Assembly (NCBI GenBank): GCA_965112735.1
Contig: OZ218956.1
Coordinates: forward strand, 1,488,001 to 1,552,000
DNA length: 64,000 nucleotides
From: Phaeosaccion multiseriatum
Taxonomy: Eukaryota; Protista; Ochrophyta, other classes
Direction: 5' to 3'
How positions within the stretch are numbered: the first letter of the stretch is position 1; every line of letters begins with the position of its first letter. A model generated the notes under the pieces. The model worked only from the letters and a program-made list of their open reading frames with translations, was not told the DNA's origin and did not search any database. Positions 20,933 to 34,740 of this stretch are shown here, one piece after another. Both the position numbers and the translations under genes were made by a program.

Positions 20933-23900
20933 TCACTCTCCCGATACATCCATCGCGTCTACCCCCCCTCCTGCTGTCGCTGCTGCTGGGTCTGCTGCTC
21001 CTCCCGTCGATGCTGCACCTGCTGCTGCTCCTCCTCCTGGTGCTGCTGCTCCTCCTCCCCCTCCTGCTGCTCCTCCTCCTTCTGCTGCTCCTGCTGCTGC
21101 TGCTACTACTCCTCCCTTCCCACCCGCAGATCCTCCTCCTCCTCCTCCTCCTGCTCCTCCTCCTCCTGCTCCTCCTTTGCCAGCCGCCGACTCTCCTCCT
21201 CCCTTGCCAGCGGCAGGTGCTCCGTTGGCGTTGGCCTCAGCGCCGAGGGCAAGTATCTTCTTCTTGTCCAGCAAGATTGTGTTCAGCTCCAGAGGGTCGA
21301 TAGGCTGTAGACAGGCACCCCAGCCGCGCGTGGAGAGTTTTGAGCAGCAAGCAGCAGGGGGAATCGATCGGAAGGTTGCTTGAACGTCTTAATCCTTACT
21401 CTCCGCACTCCCCCTACACTCCGCCCTTTCTCCTTAGCCCTTCCCCTCCTCACCCCAGAATCTCCTTGCTCTCTCTCCTTCATCCTTAGTCTTAGTCTTC
21501 ATCCTTAGTCTTAGTCTTCATCCTTAGTCTTAGTCTTCATCCTTAGTCTTAGTCTTCATCCTTAGTCTTAGTCTTCATCCTTAGTCTTAGTCTTCATCCT
21601 TAGTCTTAGTCTTCATCCTTAGTCTTGTCTTCATCCTTAGTCTTAGTCTTCATCCTTAGTCTCAGTCATCATCCTTAGTCTTAGTCTTCATCCATCTCAC
21701 CCATCCTTCATCCTTAGTCTTAGTCTTCATCCTTAGTCTTAGTCTTCATCCTTAGTCTCAGTCATCATCCTTAGTCTTAGTCTTCATCCTTAGTCTTAGT
21801 CTTCATCCTTAGTCTTAGTCTTCATCCATCTCACCCATCCTTCATCCTTAGTCTTAGTCTTCATCCTTAGTCTTAGTCTTCATCCATCTCACCCATCTCA
21901 TTCTCCACACCCCTCCTCCTTCCTTAGCCTCCTTACTCCGCACTCCCCTGCACTTCGCGCCCCTCACTCCGCCCCCTTTCCTTATTTATGTCTCGCACCC
22001 CTCACCCCCCTCACCTTCATCACACCCCTTGTTACCTCTCCCATCTCCTTACTCCTCACCCTCCTTCTCACCTGCCCCATCTCCTTTAAGAAGCGCTGCG
22101 CCACCGCCACCGCCGTATCTGTCGACATGTTCAAGTAGCCCTCGTTCAGGAACTGGGCAGGCATATGGGGCATGGGCGGAGCATATGGGCACATCATGCA
22201 GACAGGGCATAAAAGGCACAAGTGGTGGGGTGGGCATGGGCATGTATGTGGGTATGGGTGGGGGGTTGGGGCAGCGAGGGGCAGCAGCAAGGGGCCGGAA
22301 AAGACAGTCAAGTACAGCTCAAGCATGGGTCAATCAGGGACATCTCTCTTCCTCGCGGCCTCTCTGTCTCTCTCTCTACTTCTCTCGTTTCTCTCTCTTC
22401 CCCTTCTCTCTATCTCTCTTCTCCCTCTCTCTTCTCTTTCTTCTCGCTCTCTCCCTCTCTCTTCTCTGTCTCCTTCTCCCTCTCTCTCCTCTTTCTTCTC
22501 GCTTTCTCCCTCTCTCTTCTCTGTCTCCTTCTCCCTCTCTCTTCTCTTTCTTCTCGCTTTCTCCCTCTCTCTTCTCTGTCTTCTTCTCCCTCTCTCTTCT
22601 CTTTCTTCTCGCTTTCTCCCTCTCTCTTCTCTTTCTCCTTCTCCCTCTCTGTCTCTCTTCTTTCCCTGTCCCTTCTCTCCTCTCCATGTCGCGACAACGA
22701 TAGTACACACATACAACGGTACATACGTACACTCATATAACGGTACATGTATACATACCTGCAGAATCCACTGAGGAAGCTTGCTGCGCTTGTCATGTCG
22801 ATTGTAGCGACTTCAAGAAGAGTTGGGGGGAGTGGGGGAGGAAGGGAGGAGGGGGAACGGAACGAAAAGAATGCAGGAAGTGAAAGAAGTCAACAAAAGG
22901 AGTGGAAAGCTGCCCAACCCAAGTAAGACACCCAAGCACACCCCCCCGCGGCCCCCACCCGCCCCCAACAGCCCCCCTCACTGACTTACCTGTCCGCGAG
23001 TACGACCAAGCCATAGTCCGTCTTGCTGCGGATCACTCGCCCCACGCACTGGGCCGTCTGGCGGATAGCGTCGAAGGTCAGAAAGTCCGCCTCTCTGGGA
23101 GAGAGGGAGAGAGGGAGAGAGGGAGAGAGGGAGGGAGGGGAGAGAGGGAGAAGCCGCGTAAACATAGACACGGAAGGTCAGGAAGACAGTACAATATCTC
23201 TGATGGAGCGAGAGAGGAAGAGGGGCACCTACACAAGTGAGTAGGGAGCCGTAAAGTATCCGAAAGTTAGAAAGTACGTTGGTAGTACACACCTGAGCTG
23301 GAATGTGGTCCGCAGATACTCCAAGCGAGCCCTGTCATAGTCAGTGAAGAATTAAGTCAGTGATGAAGTCAGTGAGTGAGTGAGTACGTAAAGAACAAGC
23401 AGTCAACGAGGAAACACATCAGCAAGCGAGTAAGTCAATCAACAAGGAAGTAAGTGAGTAACTACGTACGCTTACGTAAGACACACGTACACGTACCTGA
23501 GCACGGGTGAGAGGGTGTACTGGAAGGGCACCCCGAACATGACGACACAGCGACCGTAGTGACGATCAAAATCGATGCCCTCCGCCACCTGCCGGGGATG
23601 AGGGGGGAGGAGGGGTGGCACATACAAACATCAAACATACATACATACATACATACATACATACATACATGCATACATGCGAGGAGTCAGTACAAGGGGA
23701 GTACGAGACAAAGGGTGTGTCCGTGGAGATGAGGGAGGGGAAGCACCAGGGGGGGGGGGGGATGCTCTTAGGCAGGAGAGAAGGAGGAGGAGGAGGAGGG
23801 GGGGGGCAGTCGCGCATGATTGAGTGGGTGAGTGAGTGAGTGAGTGAGTGAGCGACTGAGCGAGTGAGCGAGTGGTGGGTGAGCGTCGCTTACCTTTCCC

Positions 23901-26235
23901 CTGGCCACAGAGAAGAAGATGGCTCCCCTACCGCAGTCGCAGGCCCTCTTGAAGTTGTCCAGCGCCAGGGTGGTCTCCACCACGTCCTGAGAGATGCAAG
24001 GCAGGGCAGTTGGTGATACGCGGCAGGGCAGGGCAGGGCAGAGGAGGGAGGCATTGGCACGGACAAGAGTAGAGGTGAATGGACACAGAGTAAGTTGATG
24101 TTGTATGGGCACACATGTAGAGTGGAGTCGTACGGGCTCAGAGCAGAGCAGAGGCACATGGGTACAGTACTGTAGTGCCCCCCCCATGGCGCCTCACTCC
24201 CACCCCCCTTCCCTTTCCCCTTCCCCTTCCCCTCCCCTCCCCCACCCCCCCCTCCTCCTCCCCCTGACCTTGGTCTCAATGAAGACGAGCTTCTTCTCTA
24301 GCACCCTCCGTAGCACTCCGATCTCGTCCCACTTGGTCACGATGGACTCCATGTATGCATAGGAGGTGAAGAAGCACACCATGCCTGCGGCGCGTGGGGG
24401 GGGGGGGAGGTGGGAGGAGGGGAAGGAAGGGGAGTGAGCAAGGGAGTGCAAATATGATCCTCTCTCTCTGTCCATATGCCTCCCTCTCTCTCCCTGTCTC
24501 TCCGTCTCTCTCGCGCTCTCCCTCTCTCTGTCTCTGCCTCCCTCTCTCTCCATCTCACTCTCCCTCTCTCTGTCTCCCTCTCTGCGGCTGTTTGACCGTA
24601 GTGGACAAGGAGCATGGCACAGGGAGAGGGAAGACCACACACCACACACCACCACACACCACACACAACACACCACACACCACACCACACACCACACATC
24701 ACCACCATTATCATCCCTCTACATGTACGTACAAGTTGCACATGAGCCGCAGCTCGTTCCTTGCATACGCTTGTCTTTATCCTTACGTGTGCTTACTTAT
24801 CTAAAAGCTACATCTGCTTTAACTTCTCCTTCCATATGCTTTCGTTTCCTCATTGTTACTGCTGCTTACGTACCGTCCGGCACGCTGGAGGCGAGCTCCA
24901 CAAGAAGGCTGCCGTAGTTGCGAGTCACCGTTTGGTCCTGCAAGTGAGGGTGAAAGTAAGATTACGTAAGGGTTGACTAGGGTGAGTGAGGGAGGATGGG
25001 GCATAGATATAGACCGGCAAGAGGGCGCGAGAGAGAAGCATGAACTCCTGGAAGATGCCTCGTACTGCACTCCCCGCCCTCTCTCTCATTCTTTTTCCTA
25101 CTCCCCCTCCCTCCCTCCCCTCCCTCCGGCCGTCTCACTTCTCTGAGGTCGAATTTGGTGGAGATGGTAAGTTGGTCGCTGCCCCTCGTCACCACGAGGG
25201 GGCAGATGCAGCGACGGAAAGTGGACATGGGCAAAGAGGCCCGCACCACGGGATTGAACCCGAGCAACTTGGGGTACAGATCCATGGGAGACAGAGTGCC
25301 TGGACGGAATGGGGGTGGGTGGGTGGGTGGGTGGGTGGGTGGGTATGTTTTGGGTGTGTGTTTTTGGCGTGTGTTGGGGGTGCATTTGTGGCTGATTCTT
25401 TGGGGTACTCACTCACTCACTGACTCACTCACTCGCTCACTTCCTGACTTCTCACATTCTCACGATCTCACTCACCACTTGCGCACTTTCCTTACTCACT
25501 CACTCACTCACTCACTCACTCCCTTCTTTAACCCTTCACTCACTCCCTCCTTCCCTCCCTCCCTCCCTCCGTCCCTCCCTCCTTCCCTCGCTCCCTCCTC
25601 TCATTCACTCCTCCCTACCTGAGGTGATGACCACGCTGGCGAAACGCTCGAACACGGGCTTTATAGCGAGGGAGGAGTCGAGACAGCACAGCTGCATCAC
25701 CTATGGGAGGGACGAGGGACGAGGGAGGAGGGAGGAGGGAGGAGGGGGAGAGGGAGGCGCGGGAGGACGGGGTGGGAAGGGGGGGGTGGTAGAAAGGGAG
25801 AGAAAAAGGGGTGAGGGTGAGAGCAGGGGAGGGGATGGGAGAGAAAGAGGACAAGGGACGAAAAAGATGGGAGGGGGGAGAGCAGGAGGTGGAGTGTGAG
25901 TGACTGATAGCAGCACAAGTGGACGAAGGGGAACACCCATAACCCTCACGAAGGGGGACGTGGTGACGTCAGTACCGGCCTTACCGGCTCGTAAATGCCC
26001 GGGATAACGGACCCGTTGGGCTCTGTGATGATGGCGAAGCCCTCGGAGTACGTGGCCACCAGTGTGGCGAAGTCGGCAACCTTTTGGAGAGGATTAAAGT
26101 CGTCCAGAGAGGTAACCTCCAGGGTGCGCAGGAGGGAGTTGAGCCTGAGGGGAGGGAGGGGGTCAGGGAGAGAGGGCGGCAGATACAGACACGGTGGCGG
26201 ATACGCAACGAAGAAGGAGAAGATCATCATCATCG

Positions 26236-26276
<41 letters not shown>

Positions 26277-29200
26277 GTCATGAAGCAGCAGCCCAATAGA
26301 ACCACCCCAGCCCTCCCTCCTATCGCCGTGCAGTACCTGCTGTAGACGAAGCGCAGCGGCTTCCTCTCGAGAGCGGTGGTTCTCTGTAGGGTGTGGAGGA
26401 ACGCCATCGGAGTCAAGTTCTCCACGTGCTCCACGCGGATCCTGCCCGGCAAGGCGTGTGTGCGTGTGTGTGTACGTGCGTGTGTGTGTGCGCGCGCGTG
26501 GTGCAGGGGACAGAAGTAGGAGGGGTCGACCACGAGTTTGGCACGGTGAGGGCAAGATAAAGCATTGAAAACGTTATCCTCTCCTCTGCGGTACCTCTCT
26601 CTCTTGCCCTTCCTCCCCCCTCTCCTTCTTCCTCCTTCACCTGGTCTTGAGGTGTTCAACTATCTTGCGGATGAAGGCAACAAAGTGCTCTGCCCTTCGA
26701 ATGTTGCCAGGCACTGCCTCGTTTAGTATGTCAGCAGGGATGGAGGGGTTAGCGAGAGCCCCGTCCTGACCCCCGGCAACGGCGTTGGCCTGTGCCAGAC
26801 CTGACACCAGGCGTTGGTACTCGGCGGTGAGGCTGAGGGGGGAGGGGGAGGAGTAGGGGGGTGCAGAGAAGGTCTCATTGTCACGCTGCTGCAACTGTTG
26901 GTGCTACTTTTGGTGCTACTACCGCGCTGCTGCTGCTAACGGGGGCTCTGTTGTGATGAGAAGGCAATAAACACACCCACCCACACCCTCTCCCTCTCTC
27001 CCCCTCTCTCTTTCCCGTCCCTCCCACCCTCTCTCTCGCGTATACATATATATATATATATATATACATGGGTACCCCACCCCACCGTACCGTTGATTGT
27101 TGGAGGCCTTCTTTTGATTGACCTTCTCCGAGAGCTTTGCCACGCAGCCACTGGCGGCATCAAGCCCACGTCGGTCCAGAGCCACGCTCAGGGCCTGAGA
27201 GGGAGGGAAGAGAGTATGGGGTTGCCAAGAGTGTGTGAGAGAAAGAAGGCATACACACACATACACATACACATACACTACACGGCTCTGTGCAGACATT
27301 GTCATGAGCGAGAGAGAAGCGAGAGAGACAGAGAGGAAAGAGAGGAGACAAGGATAGGAGACACAGAGAGGAAAGAGATAGCACACACACACACGGCTTG
27401 CCTCTGTGCAGACGTTGTCAATGTTGTGTGCCTCGTCAAACACGACGATGCTCTCGGCCTCGAGCTCGCGACTCACAAGCCCGGCCACCTGCAGGGCGGG
27501 GGAGAGGGAGGGAGGGAAGGAGGAGAGGAAGACAGATGGGGTGTGAGAGGGAGACAGGAGGGGAAGAGAGAAACAAAGAGAAATGCTAGACAGAGGGAGG
27601 GAGGGCTGCAGGGAGAGAGAGAGAAAGGAGAGGATAGAGAGACAGAGTGATACATACAGAGAAAGGGAGGAGGATGAAGGCTACATGTGTGATCTATAGA
27701 CTGTGTGCTCAGTAGATGGAGCGATTGCCTGCCTTCGGGTCATATCTGCATCATGTCAAGGAACCACCGGAAAGAGAGACAGACTGATTGACTGACAGAC
27801 TGATAGAATGGTACGATGGACTGATCGATTGCCTCCATGTGTTCCTACCTTCGGGTCAAGCATGTACTGGTAGTTGTACACGAGCACGTTGGCGTGGTTG
27901 ATGACATGCCGCGCCAGGAAGTACGGGCACCAGCCTGGAAGGGGCATGGGGACACACACACACGGAGAGAGAGGATGGGTGAGTCAGAGGCAGGAGAGGG
28001 GTGGGTGAAAGACATGAGATGGCGTGGGGGGGGGAGGAGGAGAGAGCGACAGCGCGGGGAGAGCGAGAGAGAAAGAGGAAGACAGAGGGTTAGAGAAGAT
28101 GGAAAGAGAGTGTGAGCGAGGTAAGGAGAGAGGGAGGGAGGGAGATTGCGATGATAACCTTTGTCTTTTCCGAAGGCCTTGAGATCGTCCAGGCTGTAGA
28201 TGCCCGCCGGGACTGCGGCGTCGCTGCCGCTGCTCGAATACTCCTCGAAGAAGTCACACTTGGCGCAGGGATTGGAAGAGGCAGGCATATGGGCAGGTCG
28301 ACAGACAGACAGACAGACACACACACACAGAGAGAGAGAGACAGGGCCGATTGCTCTCTCCAATCAGGAGACATGTGGAGGGAAGGGGAGGGAAGGGAAG
28401 CATGCAAGGAGAGCAGAGGGCAGAAGGGCAGAAGAGGGAGAGAGGGCACGAGGGAAGGAGAGGGCGAGAGGGCAAGCAAGAAAGAGGAAGCAGGAGAGCC
28501 CTGTGACTCACCGTGGCCACGGTGGGGTCGTTCTCGGCTTTCTTCCGCACCCAAGTGGCGGTGCGGTTACGGCAGGCGCTATCCACTCCCTGAGGCAGAC
28601 AGGCAATCAGTTAGGGAGGCAGTCAGAGAGTGAGAGGGCAGGGGGCGAGAGAGGGAGCGACGGAGCAAAAGAGAGAGAGGGACAGAGAGCAGGGGGGGGA
28701 AACAGAGACAGAGACAGACAGACAGAGAGAGAGAAAAGAGAACGAGAAAGCAGCCAGCAGATGGGCCAAGTGGACGACGGAGACGCAGCGGCCGAAGGAA
28801 GGGCAGGGATCAAGTGCTTCGTCTGGCAGGGCGGGGCTTCGCATCTCACTTCCCTCCTTCCTCTTTCTCTTCCCACCTCTCTCGTCAATCTCTTGCTCAC
28901 TCTCAAATGCTGTCTCTCTCCACACCCCCACACGCACACACGCACACAAACGCGCGCAGCTCACCTCTCTGTCACTCTCTTCCATGACGGCTTCGTGGAT
29001 GCAGAGATTGCGCCTCGAGCTCAGACACAGGCCCAGCACCTGCCCACAACACAAAACGGGACGGAACACAGAAGAGAGGAGAAGGAGAAGAGAAGAAGAC
29101 TTAAAAGAGGGAGAGAGGCAGAGGCGAGGCCAGGGGCCGACAGGGGCCAACAGGGGCCGAGCTCTACCAACGACAGCCAATCCCCCCCCCCCCCCCCGGT

Positions 29201-30212
29201 TGCTCCCTTCAGGAGGCTGTGCTGCGGGGTGCGGTAGTCGTGAGGTAAGAAGTTCCTGCATAACAAATCGCGCACGCACGCACACACGCACGCACCCACC
29301 CACCTTGCCCCCCTCGGGTCCTAGCTCCTGGGTCCGGTAGTGAATCACCCGCTTGAGCTCCTCCACGCACTTGACCATCTCTGGCACCGTGCGCGTGCAG
29401 TAGATTAGCTTGCCCACCTCCTGGGGGGATGGAGGGGGGGGATGGGAGTGGGGGGATGGCAGTGGAGGGGAAGGAGGCATGACGTTGGAGTCACGCAGGT
29501 GGGCAAAGAGATGAATGGGGCATAGGTTGGTGGGTGTGGGTGGGTGCGGGCGGACGTAGTCTTAGCTCCTAGTTGCGACCAAACTCGCTCATGGGAGGAG
29601 ATGCGTTAGGAGCTCACGAGGCCTCTGGCGTATGAATAGCCCCACCCCCCCACCTAAACTTTGAGCTCTCTGCTTTCTCTCTCCTCCGCCTCTCCTCCAC
29701 TCGCGCGAACGAGTCCCTGCCTTGCGCTGCCACCCCTTGTCATTTGCATGACTACTTACCGGGTGCGCGTACTGGTAGCTGGTGATGAGCGAGATGAGGC
29801 ACACCGTCTTGCCTGTCCCTGTGGGCATCTCCAACAAACAGTGCCCCTGCTCATGTTTTAACGTGGGAGAAGGAGCGCAGGGAGAGGAGAGAGGGGAGGA
29901 GGAGGAGGAGAGGGGAGAGAGTTAGCCACACTCGCATTGCTTGTGTTGCAGTAGACAAGGGGTGTGCACAATCCCCCCCTCCACCCCATTGACTGATCGA
30001 TAGGAACGCGTGTCCTCCTCCCCACAAATGGACAACGCCACAGAGGCTAATTTTCTCTCCCTCCCCAACTCTTCCGGCACCAGAGCTTTCCAATACCTCT
30101 CACCCACCTTGGCATCGAGGGACCGCTTGAGCTCCAGCATGTACTGGTACTGCTCTGGGTATGTGAAGTCATAGGGGAAGAACACCTCCAGGTCCTCCAG
30201 CTGGAAGCGCAT
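20933..30212 (-). CDS. ERCC2: TFIIH helicase XPD (ERCC2/RAD3), about 23 exons, one GC-AG intron, Gly/Ala-rich C-terminal extension
   Basis: [15 protein letters not shown], Walker [20 protein letters not shown], Fe-S cysteines ([24 protein letters not shown]), [46 protein letters not shown] and KLPQWI. Last exon [13 protein letters not shown]...DVSGE*. Confidence 0.96.
21478..21890. repeat. 19-bp minisatellite (CATCCTTAGTCTTAGTCTT)n in the last XPD intron
   Basis: About 20 directly visible copies. Confidence 0.93.
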
Positions 30213-30261
30213 GGTGTCCGGCCGGCGTGGGGCGCAAGGCCGGGAAGAGGTACTTCGACAC

Positions 30262-30394
<133 letters not shown>

Positions 30395-30839
30395 ATTTCT
30401 CTCTTTCCTTAGTCTCTCATCTCTCTGCGGCAGCACAAAGCAACAGCCACAGCGTTCACGATGTATCCTATCCTATAAGGAAAGAGGATATAGAAAGAGA
30501 AAGAAAGAAAGTTTAAGTTTCAATTTGCTACGACCCCCCCGGACGCCCCCCCATCCCGACCACCCGGTACAATTCAAAGCCGGCCGGCTGAGCGACGCTG
30601 GCGATAGCAGATAGCACCCCGACGACAGCAAAAAAAAGCAGATAGCAGATAGCACCTCAAAGCTAGGATGGTCGCTATTGGGGGAGGGGAGAGTGCCCAC
30701 GAGAAGAAGCTGCGGAAGAAGAGGAGAAAGGCCGCGGTAAAGAGAAGAAAAGAGGTAGGCGCGCAGTGCGTGGGGGGAGGAGAAGGCAACGCTCCAGAAA
30801 AGCAGAAAAGGGCTGTGGAGATTGTATATGTCGGCCCGA

Positions 30840-31330
30840 GGCGAGGTGTATCTGGCCCCCGATAAGCAGAAGCCAGAGGCGGTCTGCGGCCGAAAGCCGA
30901 GAAGCCAGGGGCTGGGCTGCGACCAGCAGAAGCCAGTCACCAGCGGGAAAGTAGAGGCGGCCTACGGCCGAAAGCCGAGAAGCCAGCGTTGGCCTGCGGC
31001 CAGAAGCCCGAAGCCAGGAGGGGGCTACGGCCCAGAAGCCAGGAGCCGGAGAAACCTCGCGTGGTGTGGGGCCGATATATGCAACACATTGGTCTTGGTT
31101 AGTTGCCTCTCGTCCTCTTCGGCTCCAGGCGTGGTTTCTCTGGCCCCCGATAAGCAGAAGCCAGAGGCGGCTGTGGCCGAAGAAGCCAGGGGCTGGGTCT
31201 GCGGCTTCAGAAGCCAGCAGGACAGTAGCCCCCCCCCCCCCAGAAGCCAGCACTAGCCTGCGGCCAGAAGCCCGAAGCCAGGAGGGGGCTACGGCCCAGA
31301 AGCCAGGAGCCAGAGAAACCTCGCCTGGAG
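30840..31330. repeat. Complex nested direct-repeat region built on AGAAGCCAG (possible transposon subterminal/LTR remnant)
   Basis: tctggcccccgataagcagaagccagaggcgg x2, cggccgaaagccgagaagccag x2, and a ~55-bp block at ~30992 repeated at ~31256. Confidence 0.65.
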
Positions 31331-33689
31331 CCGATACCATACCATTGTGGACTGGTGGAGGTGGGGACCTCCAACTGTTGCCGGCGTACGAGGAGGAAGG
31401 CAGGCAGGACGGATGGAGCGTCATAAGGCTTGAGAGCGGCAGCCCGTAAATATCACTTCAGGCACTGCATATGGAGTAAGTAAAGCAGCAGATGAAAGGA
31501 GGGAGGACGGAGTAAGTACCCTACCCTTTCGGTCCCTCACGTACGACGGCTGTAGGGGAAAGTCCGCAGGACGGATGCTTCCGCAAACACCAGCCGGTCT
31601 CCTTCGAGTTGATGGTTCAGTCGGGGACGATGTTTGCTGTCTATGCGTGGAGAACAACAGCAGCCAAGCGGCGGCAAAGAAGAGACTGGAGGCGGGGGTC
31701 GATAGTATATGTGGTCAGCGAGCAACGCACTCGCTTTCTGCGCAAGGAATGTGGTCGAAAGAGGCTTAAGAAGCGGAGGCTTTCCTGACAAGCCTCAATA
31801 CCGCAGCTTTTCGATGTGGAAATGGTCCTCTTGGCTGGGGGCGGGCGAGCTGGTGACGGTGACACAAAAGCACTGCTGTTGCTCATGCGCTGGCGCCCGA
31901 TGAAAGGGGGGGATAAGCGCGCGCGCTCGGCGGACGGATGACGCATTTCAGCGGTTGCCGCTGTACGAGGAGGAAGGCAGGGAGGATGGGCGGGGCATCA
32001 TGAGGCTGTTGTTCTTTTCTTCCCCGGCAGACTCGATGGTATCCAAGCCGCCCTCTCCCTGCCTCCACCGCCCTGTCGCGCTTGCTGTGGCCCACCTGGG
32101 GTTCCCGAGAAGCAGCGTCATACTCTGGCACCGCTCTCACAAGGTCTGGAAGGGAGAAAAAGAAGCAAGAAGCAAGACGAATGACGCGAGAAAGAGCACA
32201 CACACGTGAACGGAATCACTTCGGACCTTCTCCTCCAGCTTCCTTCGCAGCATTTCTCGTTTCTTTCAAGAAGCTGATCCATTCCTCCTATGTGCTGGTT
32301 TTGAGGATGGGAGGGTAGACTCCCGAACGAGTAGCCTTGACTGCCCTCCTTGTGTCTCTTTGTCTCTCACCCCTGAGCCCTCATGGGCGCCCTGTAGCGA
32401 TATGGAAGGAGTCATAGCTCGTTATAAACCATTCAGTGCGCTACCGCCCACTTCCCCTGCTTCTCGAGGTACACAAGAAGAGAGTGCTCGCGTGTCTCTA
32501 CCTTCTTCGTGCGGAAGGTGAGGGCGCAGCCTTCTTGGCGGAGGGGAGATCTTTGCTTGCCTGAGGGTTTCCGGTGCACATTTTAGGGTATACTAAGAAT
32601 GTCGGTTTCCAACTTGGGATGACTACCAATCGCGATAGCTGCTCACTGCACAGGGCAGGAGGTCTCTTGCCTCGCTCCGCCAGAGATGGAGCACTCGTGA
32701 GACAAGAAGGGACGAGGGAAGCGAACTAAAGGAAATGAACTGTACACCATTTACTTCGCCACAGCAGTCTATGTGGTGCAGCTGGCAAGGTCTCAATTAC
32801 GTGACCATCATGTTGGCAGTGTACCATGATTCAATGGGTGGGTGACGGATTTGTAGGGGCCGGCTGGCCCCTTCCTCAGTCCTGGACCTGTATGGACCAA
32901 ACTTAAATGCTTCCTTAGCTAAACACAAGGAAGCTTCCTCGCTCGGTCACTGGGTAAGGACAGTGCCCTTGCTCTTTACTATTCCATATAGCTTCTCGCT
33001 CCTCTCCTACTTGATGAAAACCCGGCAGTGCTCAGCTTGGGAGTTATCTCCTCTCCACACAAAAACATGGCTCTACCACCAGTGCTGGCTGGTGGTGGTG
33101 CTGCTGCTGCTGCCGACGAGGTTAGTACCAGCCACTGCCTTGTTTCTCTTCTCCCTCGAATCCGTCTCCACCGTTAAATGGCATGGCGTAAAATGGCCCA
33201 CCTGCCACACCTGCCTGAGCTTTTGTGTACAGCACACTCTCCTGGCTGGCTCAGTCCCGCCGGTGGGGTGCACACCAAAGGCATACGCTCGCTCGGCAAT
33301 CGCACCACCAGCGCTGCTACGGCGACCGCTGCTGCCAGCCAGTGTCGCTGCCGCTGCCACTGTTGCTACTGCCAGAGGATGAGACGTAAAATCGATCGTG
33401 TCACTGCCTAGCCTTTCCCACGACTTCCCGGACAAGCTCCGCGGCGGAAACTACTCGTTCCGGTGGCCACTCTCGCCGATTCCCGCCACTCTCGCCGATT
33501 CCCGCCACTCTCGCCTTCCTCGAAAGAAGAGTGGCTGTCCCCTGCACCGCCGGTGGGAGAAGAAGAAAGCGGAGGAGTACGAAGAAAGAATCGGTCGCAG
33601 CAAGGAGGGGGGGGGCGGCCACGGCCGGAAGAGTGCTGGCTGGTGGAAGGTGCTGCCACTGCCCCTCCATCCTCTTCCCTGAACTCGCT

Positions 33690-34740
33690 CTACGAACGCA
33701 GAGCTTGTCATACTCCACAGCTCCTCTCCCGAGCTCAAATCAAAGGCGGTGACTAGACTAGGTACACCATACGCCCCAGAGAGTGCCATCCAGGTTGGTT
33801 TGCTTGCTGACCTGGAGGAGGGCGGGCGGGCGGGCAAAAAAGACACAACAGAGAATCAAGAACGATGAGGATAGCTAACAGAGAGACAGCAAAGCAAAGT
33901 ACGAAAGCAGGGAAATGCGATTCACCTACACACCTGTTGCAAGAGTCTTCGCTGCGTGTGCAAGCTCTGCACAGGAAGTGCCGAAGTGCCGAGAGGACCT
34001 GTCCCAAGTGGCCGCCATGCATCGATGGACAAGCAGAGCACAAGCGGTTGCCGACATGGTGCCAGTAGACAGGGGGCTTGATCCACCAGGGGTCAAGCAG
34101 GGGGGGCGCTCGACGAGCTGTTTGGCATTGAGGCCAAGCCGTTGGAGAACCTGACCACGCCCGCCTCGCTCCGAATGATGTACCAGCCTGCTCTCCCATC
34201 CAGGGCAGGGATGAGCCAGCGTTTACTCTCCAGGCAGGTTATCTGGCACGCGTTGGTACGTCTGCACAACCAAGGGGATCACCGGTGGGAAAGGTCCACA
34301 ACAGCGCGCCAGCCAGTGGAGGCGTCGGGGGCGTGTACAGCGCCGTCCAAGGTGCCCGCCACCAGGATACGGTCCTCGTCGCGGCCCTCCTCGCTCGTGT
34401 TGTAGCTAGGTCTCGGCCTCCATCCTTCACAGCTGCTGCCCTGTTTCCCCGTCTTCCCTGCTCCGCTCTCTTGTGAGCGGCGTGGTGCAGGTGGCTCGGC
34501 TGGTAGCTAGTGACTGCCATTGCTAACCCCCTTTCCTCCCAATGCTCCCGCTCCGGCTGCCGCTGCTCTGCAACTCCCCGCCCCTCGGCGCCGAAGACCA
34601 CCGACTGCAGGCGAGAAACTGGCTCCACGCCTCCATGGCCCGCTCCCACTTCAGCAGGGAGAGGCAGCCTCGCCTCCAATAAGGAGCGACACCAGCAGGA
34701 GCACAAACCGCTAGATCCGCAATTGAGGCGGGGGATTTTA
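33690..34740 (-). pseudogene. Decayed IRE1/PERK-type luminal (PQQ-like propeller) domain gene fragment
   Basis: Ordered, frameshifted segments: signal-like RFVLLLVSLLIGGEAAS; DRILVAGTLDGAVHAPDASTG/ALLWTFPTGDPL; KRWLIPALDG; LQRLGLNAKQLVER; LVTAFDLSSGEELWS. The order matches the IRE1/PERK luminal motifs. No kinase part was seen. Confidence 0.6.

Noticed and set aside
21478-21890. Telomeric repeat
   Set aside because: The 19-bp unit lacks a G-rich telomere core and lies inside an XPD intron.
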